A DNA stretch of 64,000 bases, from the NCBI GenBank assembly GCA_041687695.1, contig JAWLBL010000004.1, positions 32,001 to 96,000 on the forward strand. The letters run 5' to 3'. A program made the translations under genes and the position numbers. Below are positions 20,055 to 29,504 of this stretch, one piece after another. Below the pieces are notes generated by a model, which worked only from the letters and a program-made list of their open reading frames with translations, searched no databases and was not told where the DNA came from. Numbering within the stretch: the stretch's first letter is position 1; every line of letters begins with the position of its first letter. This stretch comes from Myxococcota bacterium (lineage in GTDB: Bacteria; Myxococcota_A; UBA9042; PHBI01; JAWLBL01).

Positions 20055-21680
20055 TCACCGCCAGGGACCGCACCAGCGTGGCGGCTCGATGGGCTCGTCC
20101 CCCGGGCGCCACGCCGCATGGAGCACGCCCTCGCCGCCGTCGTCCGGGGTCAGGACGGCCAGCGCGACGGCCCGCCCGGGGAGGACCGCCGCGATGGGCC
20201 CGCGCCAGGTCTCCTCATGCCCGTCGAGGGTCAGCGCGGCCACGAGGTCGCCGCCCTCGACCGTCAGCCGCGCCGAGGACAGGTCCGCTGCCGCCGCGCA
20301 GCCCGCCTCGGCCCGCCAGGCGGCGCGATCGGTCGCCTGCCCGTCCTCGCCGAGCCCCAGCGCCAGCCAGCGGCTCTCCGGGCCGCCCGCGCCCATCCTG
20401 ACGCCGTGTAGCTCGTACGCGGCGCCGAGCCTGCGGTCCGCCTCGGCGACGTCGGGCCGCCGGAGGGCGATGGCGACCCCGACCCGCTGCCAGCCGGCGA
20501 CGCCCGTCGGCCGCTCGCGCATCCAGATCATGGCGTCGCGGCTCGCGTCGACCCAGCCCCACCAACGCTCGGTCGCCGTGACGAGCTGCAGGTCCGCGTA
20601 CGGGTGCGCGATGAGCGGCAGGCACCCCGGGCCCGGCCCGGCGCCCTCGCCGATGAACGCCGCGCACGCGCCCGCCGCGTCGTCGCGCACCTCGAGCTCG
20701 CCCCGGCCGACCGTGATCGACCCGCCCGGCGCGTCGGCGTCTCCGACCGTCACCACCGACCACACGCCCGGACGGGGCGACCCGGGAGCCGCCGCCCGCC
20801 GGATCTGCACCAGCTGCCGGCCTTCCAAGCCCGCGGTGCCGAGCACCAGGCTCTCGTCGGAGACGAGCGGCGCGATGGTGGTGGTCCCGGTCATCGCGAC
20901 GTCGAGGTGGAGCCGGTCCGCCGCCAGCGCGATGCCGTGCTCCTTCGGGACGCCCACGACCGTCCCGTCGGGCGCCCAGAGGGTCACCCAGACCGGCCCC
21001 TCGGCGTCGGCGGCCCAGGTCAGCGCGGTCCACGTGGGGGCGCCGTCGACCTCGCGCACCCGCCACCAGAGCCCCGCCCAGCCCCCGGTGAGGCCCTCCC
21101 AGCTCGGGCGCGAGACCGCCTCGCAGCCGAGCAAGGGGTCGACACACACGCCGCGCTCGGCGGGCGAGGCCTCGCAGACGTCGACGATCTCGGACGGGCA
21201 CGCGGCGCCGCTCCCGTCACAGAAGGCCGCAGCCCAGGTGCCCTCGTCGAGGCAGCTCGGCGCCGTGCAGAACGTCCCCGCCGGGGCGATCGTCTCGCGG
21301 CACACCCCGCCGTCGCAGACGCCCACGCGGCAGGCGTCGAGCGCGTCGAGGTGCGCGCAGCCGCAGCGCTCGCCGTCGAAGCAGGCGCCTTCGGACGGCG
21401 CGTTGACGCAGCTCGCCGACGCGAGGTCGCAGCGGTCCTCGGTGCAGGGGAGGCCGTCGTCGCAGGCGGGATCGGCGAGCGAGGTGCAGGCGATCTCCGG
21501 GACGCAGACGCCGGGGGACGAGGCCGTCGGGGCCACGCCGCCGCTCCAGCAGCGCCAGCCGGCGCAGTCGTCCTCGGTGATGCAATGGTAGGCCGCGGCG
21601 GCGTCGAGCGGCGGCGGCGAGAGGCAGCCGGCCGCGGCGCCCAGCGGTAGCGCGAGCAGGAGCAGGCGGATCGGCGTCAT
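20055..21680 (-). CDS. Cys-rich lipoprotein with CDDGxPCTEDRC repeat and beta-rich C-terminus (541 aa)
   Basis: MTPIRLLLLALPLGAAAG-C lipobox; ATG overlaps the upstream stop (ATGA at 21677-21680); CDDGLPCTEDRC. Confidence 0.75.
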   Translation of the reverse strand: MTPIRLLLLALPLGAAAGCLSPPPLDAAAAYHCITEDDCAGWRCWSGGVAPTASSPGVCVPEIACTSLADPACDDGLPCTEDRCDLASASCVNAPSEGACFDGERCGCAHLDALDACRVGVCDGGVCRETIAPAGTFCTAPSCLDEGTWAAAFCDGSGAACPSEIVDVCEASPAERGVCVDPLLGCEAVSRPSWEGLTGGWAGLWWRVREVDGAPTWTALTWAADAEGPVWVTLWAPDGTVVGVPKEHGIALAADRLHLDVAMTGTTTIAPLVSDESLVLGTAGLEGRQLVQIRRAAAPGSPRPGVWSVVTVGDADAPGGSITVGRGELEVRDDAAGACAAFIGEGAGPGPGCLPLIAHPYADLQLVTATERWWGWVDASRDAMIWMRERPTGVAGWQRVGVAIALRRPDVAEADRRLGAAYELHGVRMGAGGPESRWLALGLGEDGQATDRAAWRAEAGCAAAADLSSARLTVEGGDLVAALTLDGHEETWRGPIAAVLPGRAVALAVLTPDDGGEGVLHAAWRPGDEPIEPPRWCGPWR

Positions 21681-23440
21681 GGCAGGCACCAGCTGTCGGG
21701 GTCCTCGCCGATGGGCGCGAGGTGGGGCTCGGCGCCGGGCGGGCGCCAGACGAGGAGCGCGGGGCCGCGGAGGGCGGCGTCGAGGGCCCCGGTGTGGAGG
21801 TTCAGGCCATTGACCCGCGTGCCGACCCAGAGCGGCGAGGCGCCGTCGAGGGCGGCGAGGCCGGGGAGGGCGGAGCCGGCATAGGTGAGGCGGGTGAAGT
21901 CGGTGCCCGCGAAGGGCGGGGAGGCCGCGGCGTCGACCAGCGGCACGTCGAGCGTGCCCGGCAGGCCCGTGTCGAAGGCGGGGCGCACGCGGAAGCGCTC
22001 GCGGGTCGGGCCGTCTGGGAGGCAGGCGTAGGTGTCGGGGAGCCGGTCGAGCGCGCCGCTGGCGACGTCTCCGTGGGCGTCGAAGGTGAGCTGCCCGCGG
22101 AAGTGGCTCCTCGGGCCGTGGGCGCCCGCGATCGCCGCTGCGGAGTGGATGGCGTCGTGGAGGGCGAGCGTCGCGTAGCGTCCGACGAGGGCGCCCTCCG
22201 GGGCGGCGACGCGCACGAGGAGCACGAGCCCGTGGACGTCCGAGCGCTCGCCTCCGTCGGGCTCGCTCGCCACGGTCGCGACGGCGAGGTCCCCGCCGGC
22301 GCCGAGCGTGCCCTCGAGGTGCAGCGAGGCGAACCCCGGCGAGCCCGAGAAGCGGAAGCGGAGGGGCCCCGCGAAGGCGCCCGTCTCCGAGGTGGCGAGG
22401 CAGTGGGGGCCGGCGGTGAGGAGGTAGGCGTCGTCGGTCCAGCTCGCGACGCGATCGTCGAGGCCGCTGCACGCGCCCTCGGGCGACGGTGACAGATCGA
22501 TCTCGCCGACCCAGGTGCCGACTTCGCCCACGTGGCCGAAGAGGACGCCGGGGTGCCAGGCGGGGAGCGTCCAGGTCAGGAGGACGGCCCAGCGGCCTGC
22601 GAGGGCGTCCGGCGCCAGCGGCTCGGCCGGCGCTCGGAGGAGCACCTGGAGGCCGGAGTGGCGCACCGGGACGCCGACGAGGACCCGCGCGTCGGGCGTC
22701 ATGGTCGCGAGCCAGTCGCTGCCGAGGAAGTCGAGCTCGAAGGCGCCGGGGTCGCCCTCGTACAGCGGCGGGTCGAGCTGGGTCTTCGACGCGCCCGTCT
22801 CGTCGACGCGGGTGGTGAGCGCCATCTTGCCGTCCTGGAAGATGACCTCGCGCCGCTCGAACCGCCACGCGTCCTCGTCGACGCCGGCCATGCGCCGCAG
22901 CTCGGCCCCGCGCCAGATCTCGGGCGCCTCGCCGCCGGGGAGCTGACACGCCGCGGTCAGCGCGGGCAGGGCCAGGCAGCGCGCACCGTCCGCCGAGCAG
23001 TGGCGCGCCTCACACGCGGTGATCTCGCCGCCGCACGGCTCCGGCGCCGCCGCCACGCAGACGCCACCCTCGGCGCACGCCCCGGCCGGCGTGTGGACGC
23101 CGTCGACGCAGCGGGGCTCGCCGCACGGCGTCCCGGCCGCGACCGGCTCGGCGCGGCAGCCGACCTCCGGGTCGCAGAGGCCGACGAGGCAGCCCGCCGG
23201 ATCGTCGAGCGCCGCGCAGTCGACGCACGCGCCCTCGACCGGGCACCCGCGGCCGATCGGCGTGTTCACACAGACCTGGCGCTCGTCGCACCGGTCCTCC
23301 GTGCACGCGAGGCCGTCGTCGCAGGTCTCGTCCTGCTTGCACTCGAGCGCCGCCACGGCGGGCGCCGGGCCGGCGGGGTCGCCGCACGCCGCGAGCACAC
23401 ACAGCGTCGCCACGCAGCCTCCCAGGCTGTCGCGTCTCAT
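21677..23440 (-). CDS. Cys-rich lipoprotein with CDDGxACTEDRC repeat, similar architecture to the downstream gene (587 aa)
   Basis: GGAGGAGGG RBS; MRRDSLGGCVATLCVLAA-C lipobox; CDDGLACTEDRC; AGTPCGEPRC resembles AGTFCTAPSC in the neighbour. Confidence 0.78.
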   Translation of the reverse strand: MRRDSLGGCVATLCVLAACGDPAGPAPAVAALECKQDETCDDGLACTEDRCDERQVCVNTPIGRGCPVEGACVDCAALDDPAGCLVGLCDPEVGCRAEPVAAGTPCGEPRCVDGVHTPAGACAEGGVCVAAAPEPCGGEITACEARHCSADGARCLALPALTAACQLPGGEAPEIWRGAELRRMAGVDEDAWRFERREVIFQDGKMALTTRVDETGASKTQLDPPLYEGDPGAFELDFLGSDWLATMTPDARVLVGVPVRHSGLQVLLRAPAEPLAPDALAGRWAVLLTWTLPAWHPGVLFGHVGEVGTWVGEIDLSPSPEGACSGLDDRVASWTDDAYLLTAGPHCLATSETGAFAGPLRFRFSGSPGFASLHLEGTLGAGGDLAVATVASEPDGGERSDVHGLVLLVRVAAPEGALVGRYATLALHDAIHSAAAIAGAHGPRSHFRGQLTFDAHGDVASGALDRLPDTYACLPDGPTRERFRVRPAFDTGLPGTLDVPLVDAAASPPFAGTDFTRLTYAGSALPGLAALDGASPLWVGTRVNGLNLHTGALDAALRGPALLVWRPPGAEPHLAPIGEDPDSWCLP

Positions 23441-23490
23441 CGCCCTCCTCCGGGTGAACGTCTTCGGGGACCCTACCGCACCCGCGTCGC

Positions 23491-23506
23491 AGCAGGAATC
23501 GTGCCA
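23491..23506 (-). promoter_or_regulatory. Sigma-54 (-24/-12) promoter of the lipoprotein pair
   Basis: Minus strand TGGCACGATTCCTGCT with GG-N10-GC spacing, 50 bp upstream of ATG 23440. Confidence 0.8.
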
Positions 23507-23550
23507 CGGCCCGGATTGGCCTCCGTCGGCGACTCCGGTAGGTTCGCCCC

Positions 23551-25095
23551 ATGGCCACCACCGACTCGCCACAGGAGGACGCCGCCGCGCCGCTCGTCGG
23601 CCGGACGCTCGGGGAGTTCGCGATCACGGGCGCGCTCGGCCGCGGCGGCATGGGCTGCGTCTACCGCGCGACCCAGGCCTCCACCCGCCGCGAGGTCGCC
23701 CTCAAGGTCATCCACCCGCACCTCGTCGGCCCGGCGCTCGTCGCCCGCTTCGCCCGCGAGGCCGCGGCCCTCGGGCGCCTCGCGCACCCGAACATCGTGA
23801 CCATCCACACCCACGGCGAGCACGACGGCGTCCTCTTCCTCGCCATGGAGCGCGTCGACGGCCCGACCCTCGGCGCTCTCCTTGCCTGCGAGGGCCCCCT
23901 CGCCTCGGACCGCGCCCGCGGGCTCTTCGCCCAACTCGCCGAGGCGCTCGCCCACGCCCACGCCGCCGGCGTCGTCCACCGCGACCTCAAGCCCGGCAAC
24001 GTCCTCATCGGCGCGACCCTCGCCGGCGCGCTGCCCAAGATCGTCGACTTCGGCCTCGCCAAGCTCGCCGACGAGGGCGGCCAGCTCACCCAGTCCGGGC
24101 GCGTCATGGGCTCGGCCGCCACCATGTCCCCCGAGCAGTGGCAGGACGCGCGCGCCATCGACGGCGCGACCGACGTCTACTCCCTCGGCTGCATGATGTA
24201 CGAGGCGCTCACCGGGGTGCCGCCCTTCGCCGCGTCCTCGCCGGTCGGCTACATGCGCGCCCACCTCGGCCCCCGCCCGGTCGACCCGGCGCACCACCGC
24301 CCCGAGCTGGCCGGCGACCCGCTCGTCGGCTGGGTGCGCGCCTGCCTCGAGCGCGATCCCGCCGCGCGCCCCACCGCCGAGGCGCTCTGGCGCGGCCTCT
24401 CCGGCGAGCGCCCGTCCCCCGCCCCGGAGCCCACCCGCGGCAGCGACTGGTCCGCCCCCGACGCCGGCACGCTCCCCGGCGACGACGACCTCTGGGCGGG
24501 CGACCCTTGGAGCGGCGGGACCTCCCCGCCCGCCGACCGGCCCGACGCCCCTCGGCGCCGCTCTCCCTGGCCCTTCGCCTTCGCCCTCCTTGCGCTCGCC
24601 GGCGCGGCCGGCTTTGGCTGGGCCGCCATCCGCCCCCCGCCGCTCGGGGCCACGCCCGCCCCTCCGCCCGCGCCTCCCGAGGCGCCCCTCGCCGTCCTCT
24701 CCGAGCCGGACGTCCTCACGCCGCTGGCCGCCGAGGGCGACGCCGTCCCCACCGAGCCCGACGCCTCGCCCCCGGCCGCCGCCGTCCCCGTCCGCGTCAC
24801 CGCCTGGCCGACCCGCGCCACCGTCTCGCTCGACGGGCGCCCGCTCCCCCGCGAGGCCGATGGCTCGGTGACGCTCGACGTCCCCGCCGACGGCGAGGCC
24901 ACCGTCGCGGTCGCCGCCCCCGGCTTCGCCCCGGCCGAGCACGCCCTCGACGCCGCCGCCGCCCGCGCCCTCCCGGACGGCGCGCTCGTCGTGCGGCTCC
25001 GCCCCCTCCGTGACCGCCCGCGGCCGCCCCGCCCCGACGCCGGCGCGACCGACCGGCCGCCGCGGCTCGACCTCGAGCGCCTCGAGATCCGCTGA
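23551..25095 (+). CDS. Membrane Ser/Thr protein kinase (Hanks type) with TM and PEGA-like C-terminus
   Basis: LGRGGMGCVY, VALK, HRDLKPGN, DFG, SPEQ, DVYSLG; TM WPFAFALLALAGAAGFGW; VTAWPTRATVSLDG. Confidence 0.93.
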   Translation: MATTDSPQEDAAAPLVGRTLGEFAITGALGRGGMGCVYRATQASTRREVALKVIHPHLVGPALVARFAREAAALGRLAHPNIVTIHTHGEHDGVLFLAMERVDGPTLGALLACEGPLASDRARGLFAQLAEALAHAHAAGVVHRDLKPGNVLIGATLAGALPKIVDFGLAKLADEGGQLTQSGRVMGSAATMSPEQWQDARAIDGATDVYSLGCMMYEALTGVPPFAASSPVGYMRAHLGPRPVDPAHHRPELAGDPLVGWVRACLERDPAARPTAEALWRGLSGERPSPAPEPTRGSDWSAPDAGTLPGDDDLWAGDPWSGGTSPPADRPDAPRRRSPWPFAFALLALAGAAGFGWAAIRPPPLGATPAPPPAPPEAPLAVLSEPDVLTPLAAEGDAVPTEPDASPPAAAVPVRVTAWPTRATVSLDGRPLPREADGSVTLDVPADGEATVAVAAPGFAPAEHALDAAAARALPDGALVVRLRPLRDRPRPPRPDAGATDRPPRLDLERLEIR

Positions 25096-25151
25096 TTTCC
25101 CCTCGCCTCGGTTGCGCCTCCCCGCGGCCTGGGCAACCATCGCCGCCACCG

Positions 25152-26132
25152 ATGCGACCCCTCCTGCCCGCCCTCACGCTCGTCGTGGCCTCCGCCCCTG
25201 GCGTCTACGCGGCCGAAGCCCCGTCGCCCGACGCCGCCATCGCCGCCTTCAACCGAGCGGTCGACGCGGCCCTCGCGCACCGCGAGGCCGGCCGGCACGA
25301 GGCCGCCCTCGAGGCGCTCGAGGAGGCCCTGCGCGCCATCCGGGACAGCTCCGGCCCGGAGTTCGACCGGGGCCGGAGCCGCGTCCGGTACTACACGGCC
25401 TTGACGCTCGTCGCCCTCGCGCGGCTCGCCGAGGCGGAGGCGCTCCTCGACCTCCTCGCGAGCGGGCCCGGCCTGACGGCGGCCGAGCGCGAGGTGGTGC
25501 AAGCGCGGCTCGGCGAGGTGCGGGCCGAGCTCGCCGCGGCGCGTGAGGCGGCGCCCGGCCGGGTCGAGATCATCGCGCTCGACGAAGCGGGGCGCTCGGT
25601 CCCGGCCGCCGCGCGCATCGACGGGCGGGACGTCGGCACGACGCCGCTCGACGCCGAGGTCGCCCCGGGCGAGCACCTCATCGAGCTCTCGGGCGCGGAT
25701 CTCCGCCTGGCGCAGCAGACCTTCGTCGTGGCGCCGGGGTCGAGCGGCCGCCTCGTCGTGCGCGTGAAGGCCGTCGAGGTGGCGCCGACCTTCGATCCGC
25801 CCGCGGCGTCCTGGTGGCTCACCGGCGGGGGCGTCGTCGCGCTCGGGGCCGCGGCCGCGCTCCACCTGTCCGGGCTCGACGATGACGAGCGGGCGCGCGA
25901 CGGCTCGCGCACGACGCGCAGCGAGGCGTCCGGGCTCTTCGCCGCGGCCGAGACCAAGGTCTACGGCGCCTATGGGCTCTACGCGGTCGGCGGCGGGCTC
26001 GTCGTCGGCGGCGTCGCGTGGATGCTGACGGACGGGTGGGACGGGGCCGCCGAGGGGCGCGCGTCGGTCCTGTCCGAGGTGGACGTCGGCCTCGACCCGA
26101 GCGGGTCCCTTCACGTGAGCGGCAGGTTCTGA
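25152..26132 (+). CDS. Secreted TPR + PEGA domain protein with hydrophobic C-terminal segments
   Basis: Signal peptide, helical TPR-like region, PEGA motif IDGRDVGTTPL..VAPGEHLIEL, C-terminal Gly-rich hydrophobic helices and ..VSGRF end. Confidence 0.8.
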   Translation: MRPLLPALTLVVASAPGVYAAEAPSPDAAIAAFNRAVDAALAHREAGRHEAALEALEEALRAIRDSSGPEFDRGRSRVRYYTALTLVALARLAEAEALLDLLASGPGLTAAEREVVQARLGEVRAELAAAREAAPGRVEIIALDEAGRSVPAAARIDGRDVGTTPLDAEVAPGEHLIELSGADLRLAQQTFVVAPGSSGRLVVRVKAVEVAPTFDPPAASWWLTGGGVVALGAAAALHLSGLDDDERARDGSRTTRSEASGLFAAAETKVYGAYGLYAVGGGLVVGGVAWMLTDGWDGAAEGRASVLSEVDVGLDPSGSLHVSGRF

Positions 26133-26134
26133 CG

Positions 26135-27571
26135 GTGGGTGACGAGACGACCGGGATGAGCCTCGACGAGGGCTGGCTGGCCGACGCCGACGCCGCGGAC
26201 GCCGAGGGCTGGGGCCTCGTCATCGCGTGGTCCTTCGAAGAGCCCGGCCGCGTCGGCGAGGTCGCGTGGATCCCCGACCGCGGCGCCGTCCGGGTGCTCG
26301 GCCGCGGCGCCGAGGCCCCCGAGGGCGGCGGCCTCCGCCTCGACTGGATGCGCCAGCGGCCGGGCCGCAACGTGCCGACCGCTCCCCTCGCCGCGCGGCG
26401 CATCTCGCGGGCCCAGCTCGAGCTCGAGCCGCGCCCCTCCGGCCTCCGCGTCCGCAGCGTCGGGCGCTGCCCGATGGCCGTCAACGGCAGCCCCACCGAC
26501 GAGGCCGTGCTCCGCGACGGCGACACGGTGCACCTCAGGAACCAGCTGCTCCTCCTCGTCACCCGCCGCCCGGCGCGCCTCCCCGCGGCAGGCAGCTGGC
26601 CCTCCGGGAGCACCCCCGCCTTCGGTCACGCGGACCCGCTCGGCATGGTCGGCGAGGGCCCGGCGACCTGGCGCCTCCGCGAGCGCCTCGGCTTCCTCGC
26701 GCCCCGCCCCGCGCACGTCCTCGTCATCGGCCCGTCCGGCGTCGGCAAAGAGCTCGCCGCCCGCGCGCTCCACGCGCTCAGCCCCCGCGCCGCCCGCCCC
26801 CTCGTGTCCCGAAACGCCGCCACCTTCCCGCCCGGCCTCATCGACGCCGAGCTCTTCGGCAACCCGCGCGACTACCCGAACCCAGGCATGCGCGAGCGGC
26901 GCGGCCTCGTCGGCGAGGCCGACGGCGGGACGCTCTTCCTCGACGAGATCGGCGAGCTCCCCGAGGACCTCCAGGCGCACCTCCTCCGCGTCCTCGACCA
27001 CGGCGGCGAGTACCAACGCCTCGGCGAGTCCCACGCCCGCCGCGCCGACCTCCGCCTCATCGTGGCGACCAACCGCGGCCTCGACGGCCTCAAGCACGAC
27101 CTCGCCGCCCGCCTCGCGCTGCGCCTCGAGCTCGACGGCCTCGACGCTCGCCGAGACGACATCCCGCTCCTCGCGCGCCACATCCTCGCCGCGACCGCCG
27201 CGGCCGACCCCGCCATCGGCCGCCGCTTCTTCGAGGGCTGGGGCACCCCCGCCGCCACCGCGCGCGTCGCCCCGGACCTCATGGACCTCCTCGTGCGCCA
27301 CCGCTACAGCCACCACGTCCGCGAGCTGCACGGCCTCCTCTGGCGCGCCATGAGCACGAGCGCCGGCGGCGTGCTCAAGGCGACCCCCGAGGTCCGCGCC
27401 GAGCTCGACACCGGCGCCGCCGACGCGCGCGAGCCCGAGTCCGTCACCGCCGACGACATCCGCGCCGCGCTCGCCGCCGCCGACGGGAACCGCACCCACG
27501 CCGCCGCCGCCCTCGGCCTCAAGAACCGCGACGTCCTCTACCGGCTGATGAAGAAGCTCGACGTCGCCTGA
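26135..27571 (+). CDS. FHA-like domain + sigma-54-interaction AAA+ + HTH regulator with non-canonical L1 loop
   Basis: GTG start 2 bp after the previous stop (alternative ATG 26156). FHA-like LGRG..ISRAQL..VNG..LRDGDTV; GPSGVGKE; ELFGNPRDYPNPG (no GAFTGA); LFLDEIGE; HHVREL; HTH NRTHAAAALGLKNRDVLYRLMKK. Confidence 0.88.
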   Translation: MGDETTGMSLDEGWLADADAADAEGWGLVIAWSFEEPGRVGEVAWIPDRGAVRVLGRGAEAPEGGGLRLDWMRQRPGRNVPTAPLAARRISRAQLELEPRPSGLRVRSVGRCPMAVNGSPTDEAVLRDGDTVHLRNQLLLLVTRRPARLPAAGSWPSGSTPAFGHADPLGMVGEGPATWRLRERLGFLAPRPAHVLVIGPSGVGKELAARALHALSPRAARPLVSRNAATFPPGLIDAELFGNPRDYPNPGMRERRGLVGEADGGTLFLDEIGELPEDLQAHLLRVLDHGGEYQRLGESHARRADLRLIVATNRGLDGLKHDLAARLALRLELDGLDARRDDIPLLARHILAATAAADPAIGRRFFEGWGTPAATARVAPDLMDLLVRHRYSHHVRELHGLLWRAMSTSAGGVLKATPEVRAELDTGAADAREPESVTADDIRAALAAADGNRTHAAAALGLKNRDVLYRLMKKLDVA

Positions 27572-27573
27572 GC

Positions 27574-29472
27574 TCACCCCACCTGCGCGAGCAGGGCCGA
27601 GATGCGCGCGCGCAGCTTGGCGCTCTGGATGGGGCTCGCCAGCATCGCCTCGAGCGCCGGGACGAGCAGCGCGCCGTGCTCGGGCACGGTGGCGAAGGCG
27701 CCGAGGAGATCGCCGAAGGTCTTCTCCTCGAAGCCACCGAGGACGACGTGGGCGACGATGGCCTCGACGTCCTCGGCCGTGAGGCCGGCGGTGGTCATCG
27801 ACTGCAGGGTCTCGCGCCGGACGAGCGGGTGCGCGTCGCCGAGCAGGCTGCGGAGGGCGGCCCTGGCCTCGCCCGAGCCGAGCTTTCGGAGGGCGGCGGC
27901 GACCGCGGCGCGGACGTCGGGGTCGGGGTGGTCGATGCGGGCGAGCAGGGTGGGCAGGTGCTCGGGGAGGCCGGCGTTGCCGAGGCTGCGGAGGAGCTCG
28001 GCCGCTTCCGCGGGGGTCTCGGCGTCGTCGAGCCGAGCGAGCAGCGGCGCGAGCTCGCGCTGGGCGGCGTCCGCGTCCCCGGCGCGGTAGAGGGCGCCGG
28101 CCGTGGCGCCGAGGGTGTAGGCGGCGGCGTTCTTCACGTGCGGCGCGTCGGCGGTCTGCCAGGTCTCGCGCGCGAAGGCGACGGTCGCAGGCTCGGGGCG
28201 TGTGACGAGGGAGAGGCGCTGGACGTGCAGCAGGTAGGCAGGGTCGTCGCGGGAGATGTCGGCGCCGAGGATGGCGCGCAGGGCGGCCTGGGCCTCGGCG
28301 TGGCCGGCGCTGGCGAGGAGGTCGAGCACGAGGGCGCGGCCGCTGGAGGTGAGGTCGCCCGAGAGCGCGAGGTCGGCGAGGGCGTCCGCGAGGCTCGGGT
28401 CGAGCCGCAGGAGCCCGGTCGCGCGCCAGAGCCAGCGGGCGTGGTCGGGGGCGGTGCCGCCGGCGTAGCGGGCGAGGTCGGCGAGGAGCTGCGGGCCGGT
28501 GAGGCCGGCGGCGCGGTTCACGAGGAGCTGGTGCGCGGAGGCGCGCGGGGCGGCGGCGGCCTGGCGGCGCGGGCGGAGCGGCTGGAGGTCGCGGGCCGAG
28601 ACGCGGCGGCTGGGGACGGGCTCGACGCGGTCGAGGTGGAGGGCGAGGGTGCCGTCGTGCGCGAAGGCCTGGCGGCCGTCGGCGCCCTGGTGGCGGACGG
28701 ACTCGCTCCGGTCGAGGGCGCGGAGGAAGCCGCGGCGGTCGAGGACGACCTCGTCCTGGCCGGTGACGGTGAGGTCGGACGGGGCGGCGGACGGGGCGGC
28801 CGTGAGCGAGAGGTAGGCCTCGGTCGTGCGCGCGAGGGCGACGCGGGAGGCGTCGGCGGTCGCGAGGCGGGTCGCGACGCGGCGGCGGCCGAGGGAGGTG
28901 TCCTCTTCGGTGAGCCAGGCGTCGGCCGCGTCGCGCCCGTCGGGGACGACGACCTGGGCGTCGGCGAGCAGCGCGCTGGCGAGGTGCTGGAAGAGCGGTG
29001 TGGTCTCCTCGCGGAAGAGGACGCGGACGAGGCGGCCGTCGGCGGCGTACTCGGCGACGGCCTCGCCGGCGAGGAGGGTCCGCGCCGTGGCGAGGTCGGG
29101 GAAGAGGGGCTGGCCCAGGAGGTCGAAGCGGGGGGCGCCGGTCGGCTCGAGGCGCACGGCGACGCGGTGGACCGGGCCTTCGGCGCCGACGCCTTCGAGG
29201 CGGAGCCGGCCCTGGAGGTCGGCGCGGCCGGCGAGGGTGAGCCCGCCCGACGCGCGGGTGTCGGCGGTCAGGTGGAAGCGGTAGACGAGCCGCTCGCCCG
29301 CCGGGAAGGCCCAGCGGAACGGGGCGTCAGCGGCGGTGTGTGCGCCGGGGGCGGCCGGCGGGGCGACCGAAGCGCTCGGCTCCGGCGCCCCGCCGAGGGG
29401 GACGAGGTGGGACAGCAGGATGGCGGTGAGGGCGATGAGGCCCGCACCCGCGGAGAGCTTCACAAGGCGCAT
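27574..29472 (-). CDS. HEAT-repeat protein with N-terminal beta domain, vitellogenin/MTP N-terminal (LLT)-like
   Basis: GAGGAG RBS; N-terminal signal/anchor; about 250 aa beta-rich region; helical repeats LVLDLLASAGHAEAQAAL, LLRSLGNAG, DPDVRAAVAAAL, HPLVRRE. Confidence 0.65.
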   Translation of the reverse strand: MRLVKLSAGAGLIALTAILLSHLVPLGGAPEPSASVAPPAAPGAHTAADAPFRWAFPAGERLVYRFHLTADTRASGGLTLAGRADLQGRLRLEGVGAEGPVHRVAVRLEPTGAPRFDLLGQPLFPDLATARTLLAGEAVAEYAADGRLVRVLFREETTPLFQHLASALLADAQVVVPDGRDAADAWLTEEDTSLGRRRVATRLATADASRVALARTTEAYLSLTAAPSAAPSDLTVTGQDEVVLDRRGFLRALDRSESVRHQGADGRQAFAHDGTLALHLDRVEPVPSRRVSARDLQPLRPRRQAAAAPRASAHQLLVNRAAGLTGPQLLADLARYAGGTAPDHARWLWRATGLLRLDPSLADALADLALSGDLTSSGRALVLDLLASAGHAEAQAALRAILGADISRDDPAYLLHVQRLSLVTRPEPATVAFARETWQTADAPHVKNAAAYTLGATAGALYRAGDADAAQRELAPLLARLDDAETPAEAAELLRSLGNAGLPEHLPTLLARIDHPDPDVRAAVAAALRKLGSGEARAALRSLLGDAHPLVRRETLQSMTTAGLTAEDVEAIVAHVVLGGFEEKTFGDLLGAFATVPEHGALLVPALEAMLASPIQSAKLRARISALLAQVG

Positions 29473-29504
29473 CGTGTCGTCTCCTCGTCGTCGTCAGGGG
29501 AGGG

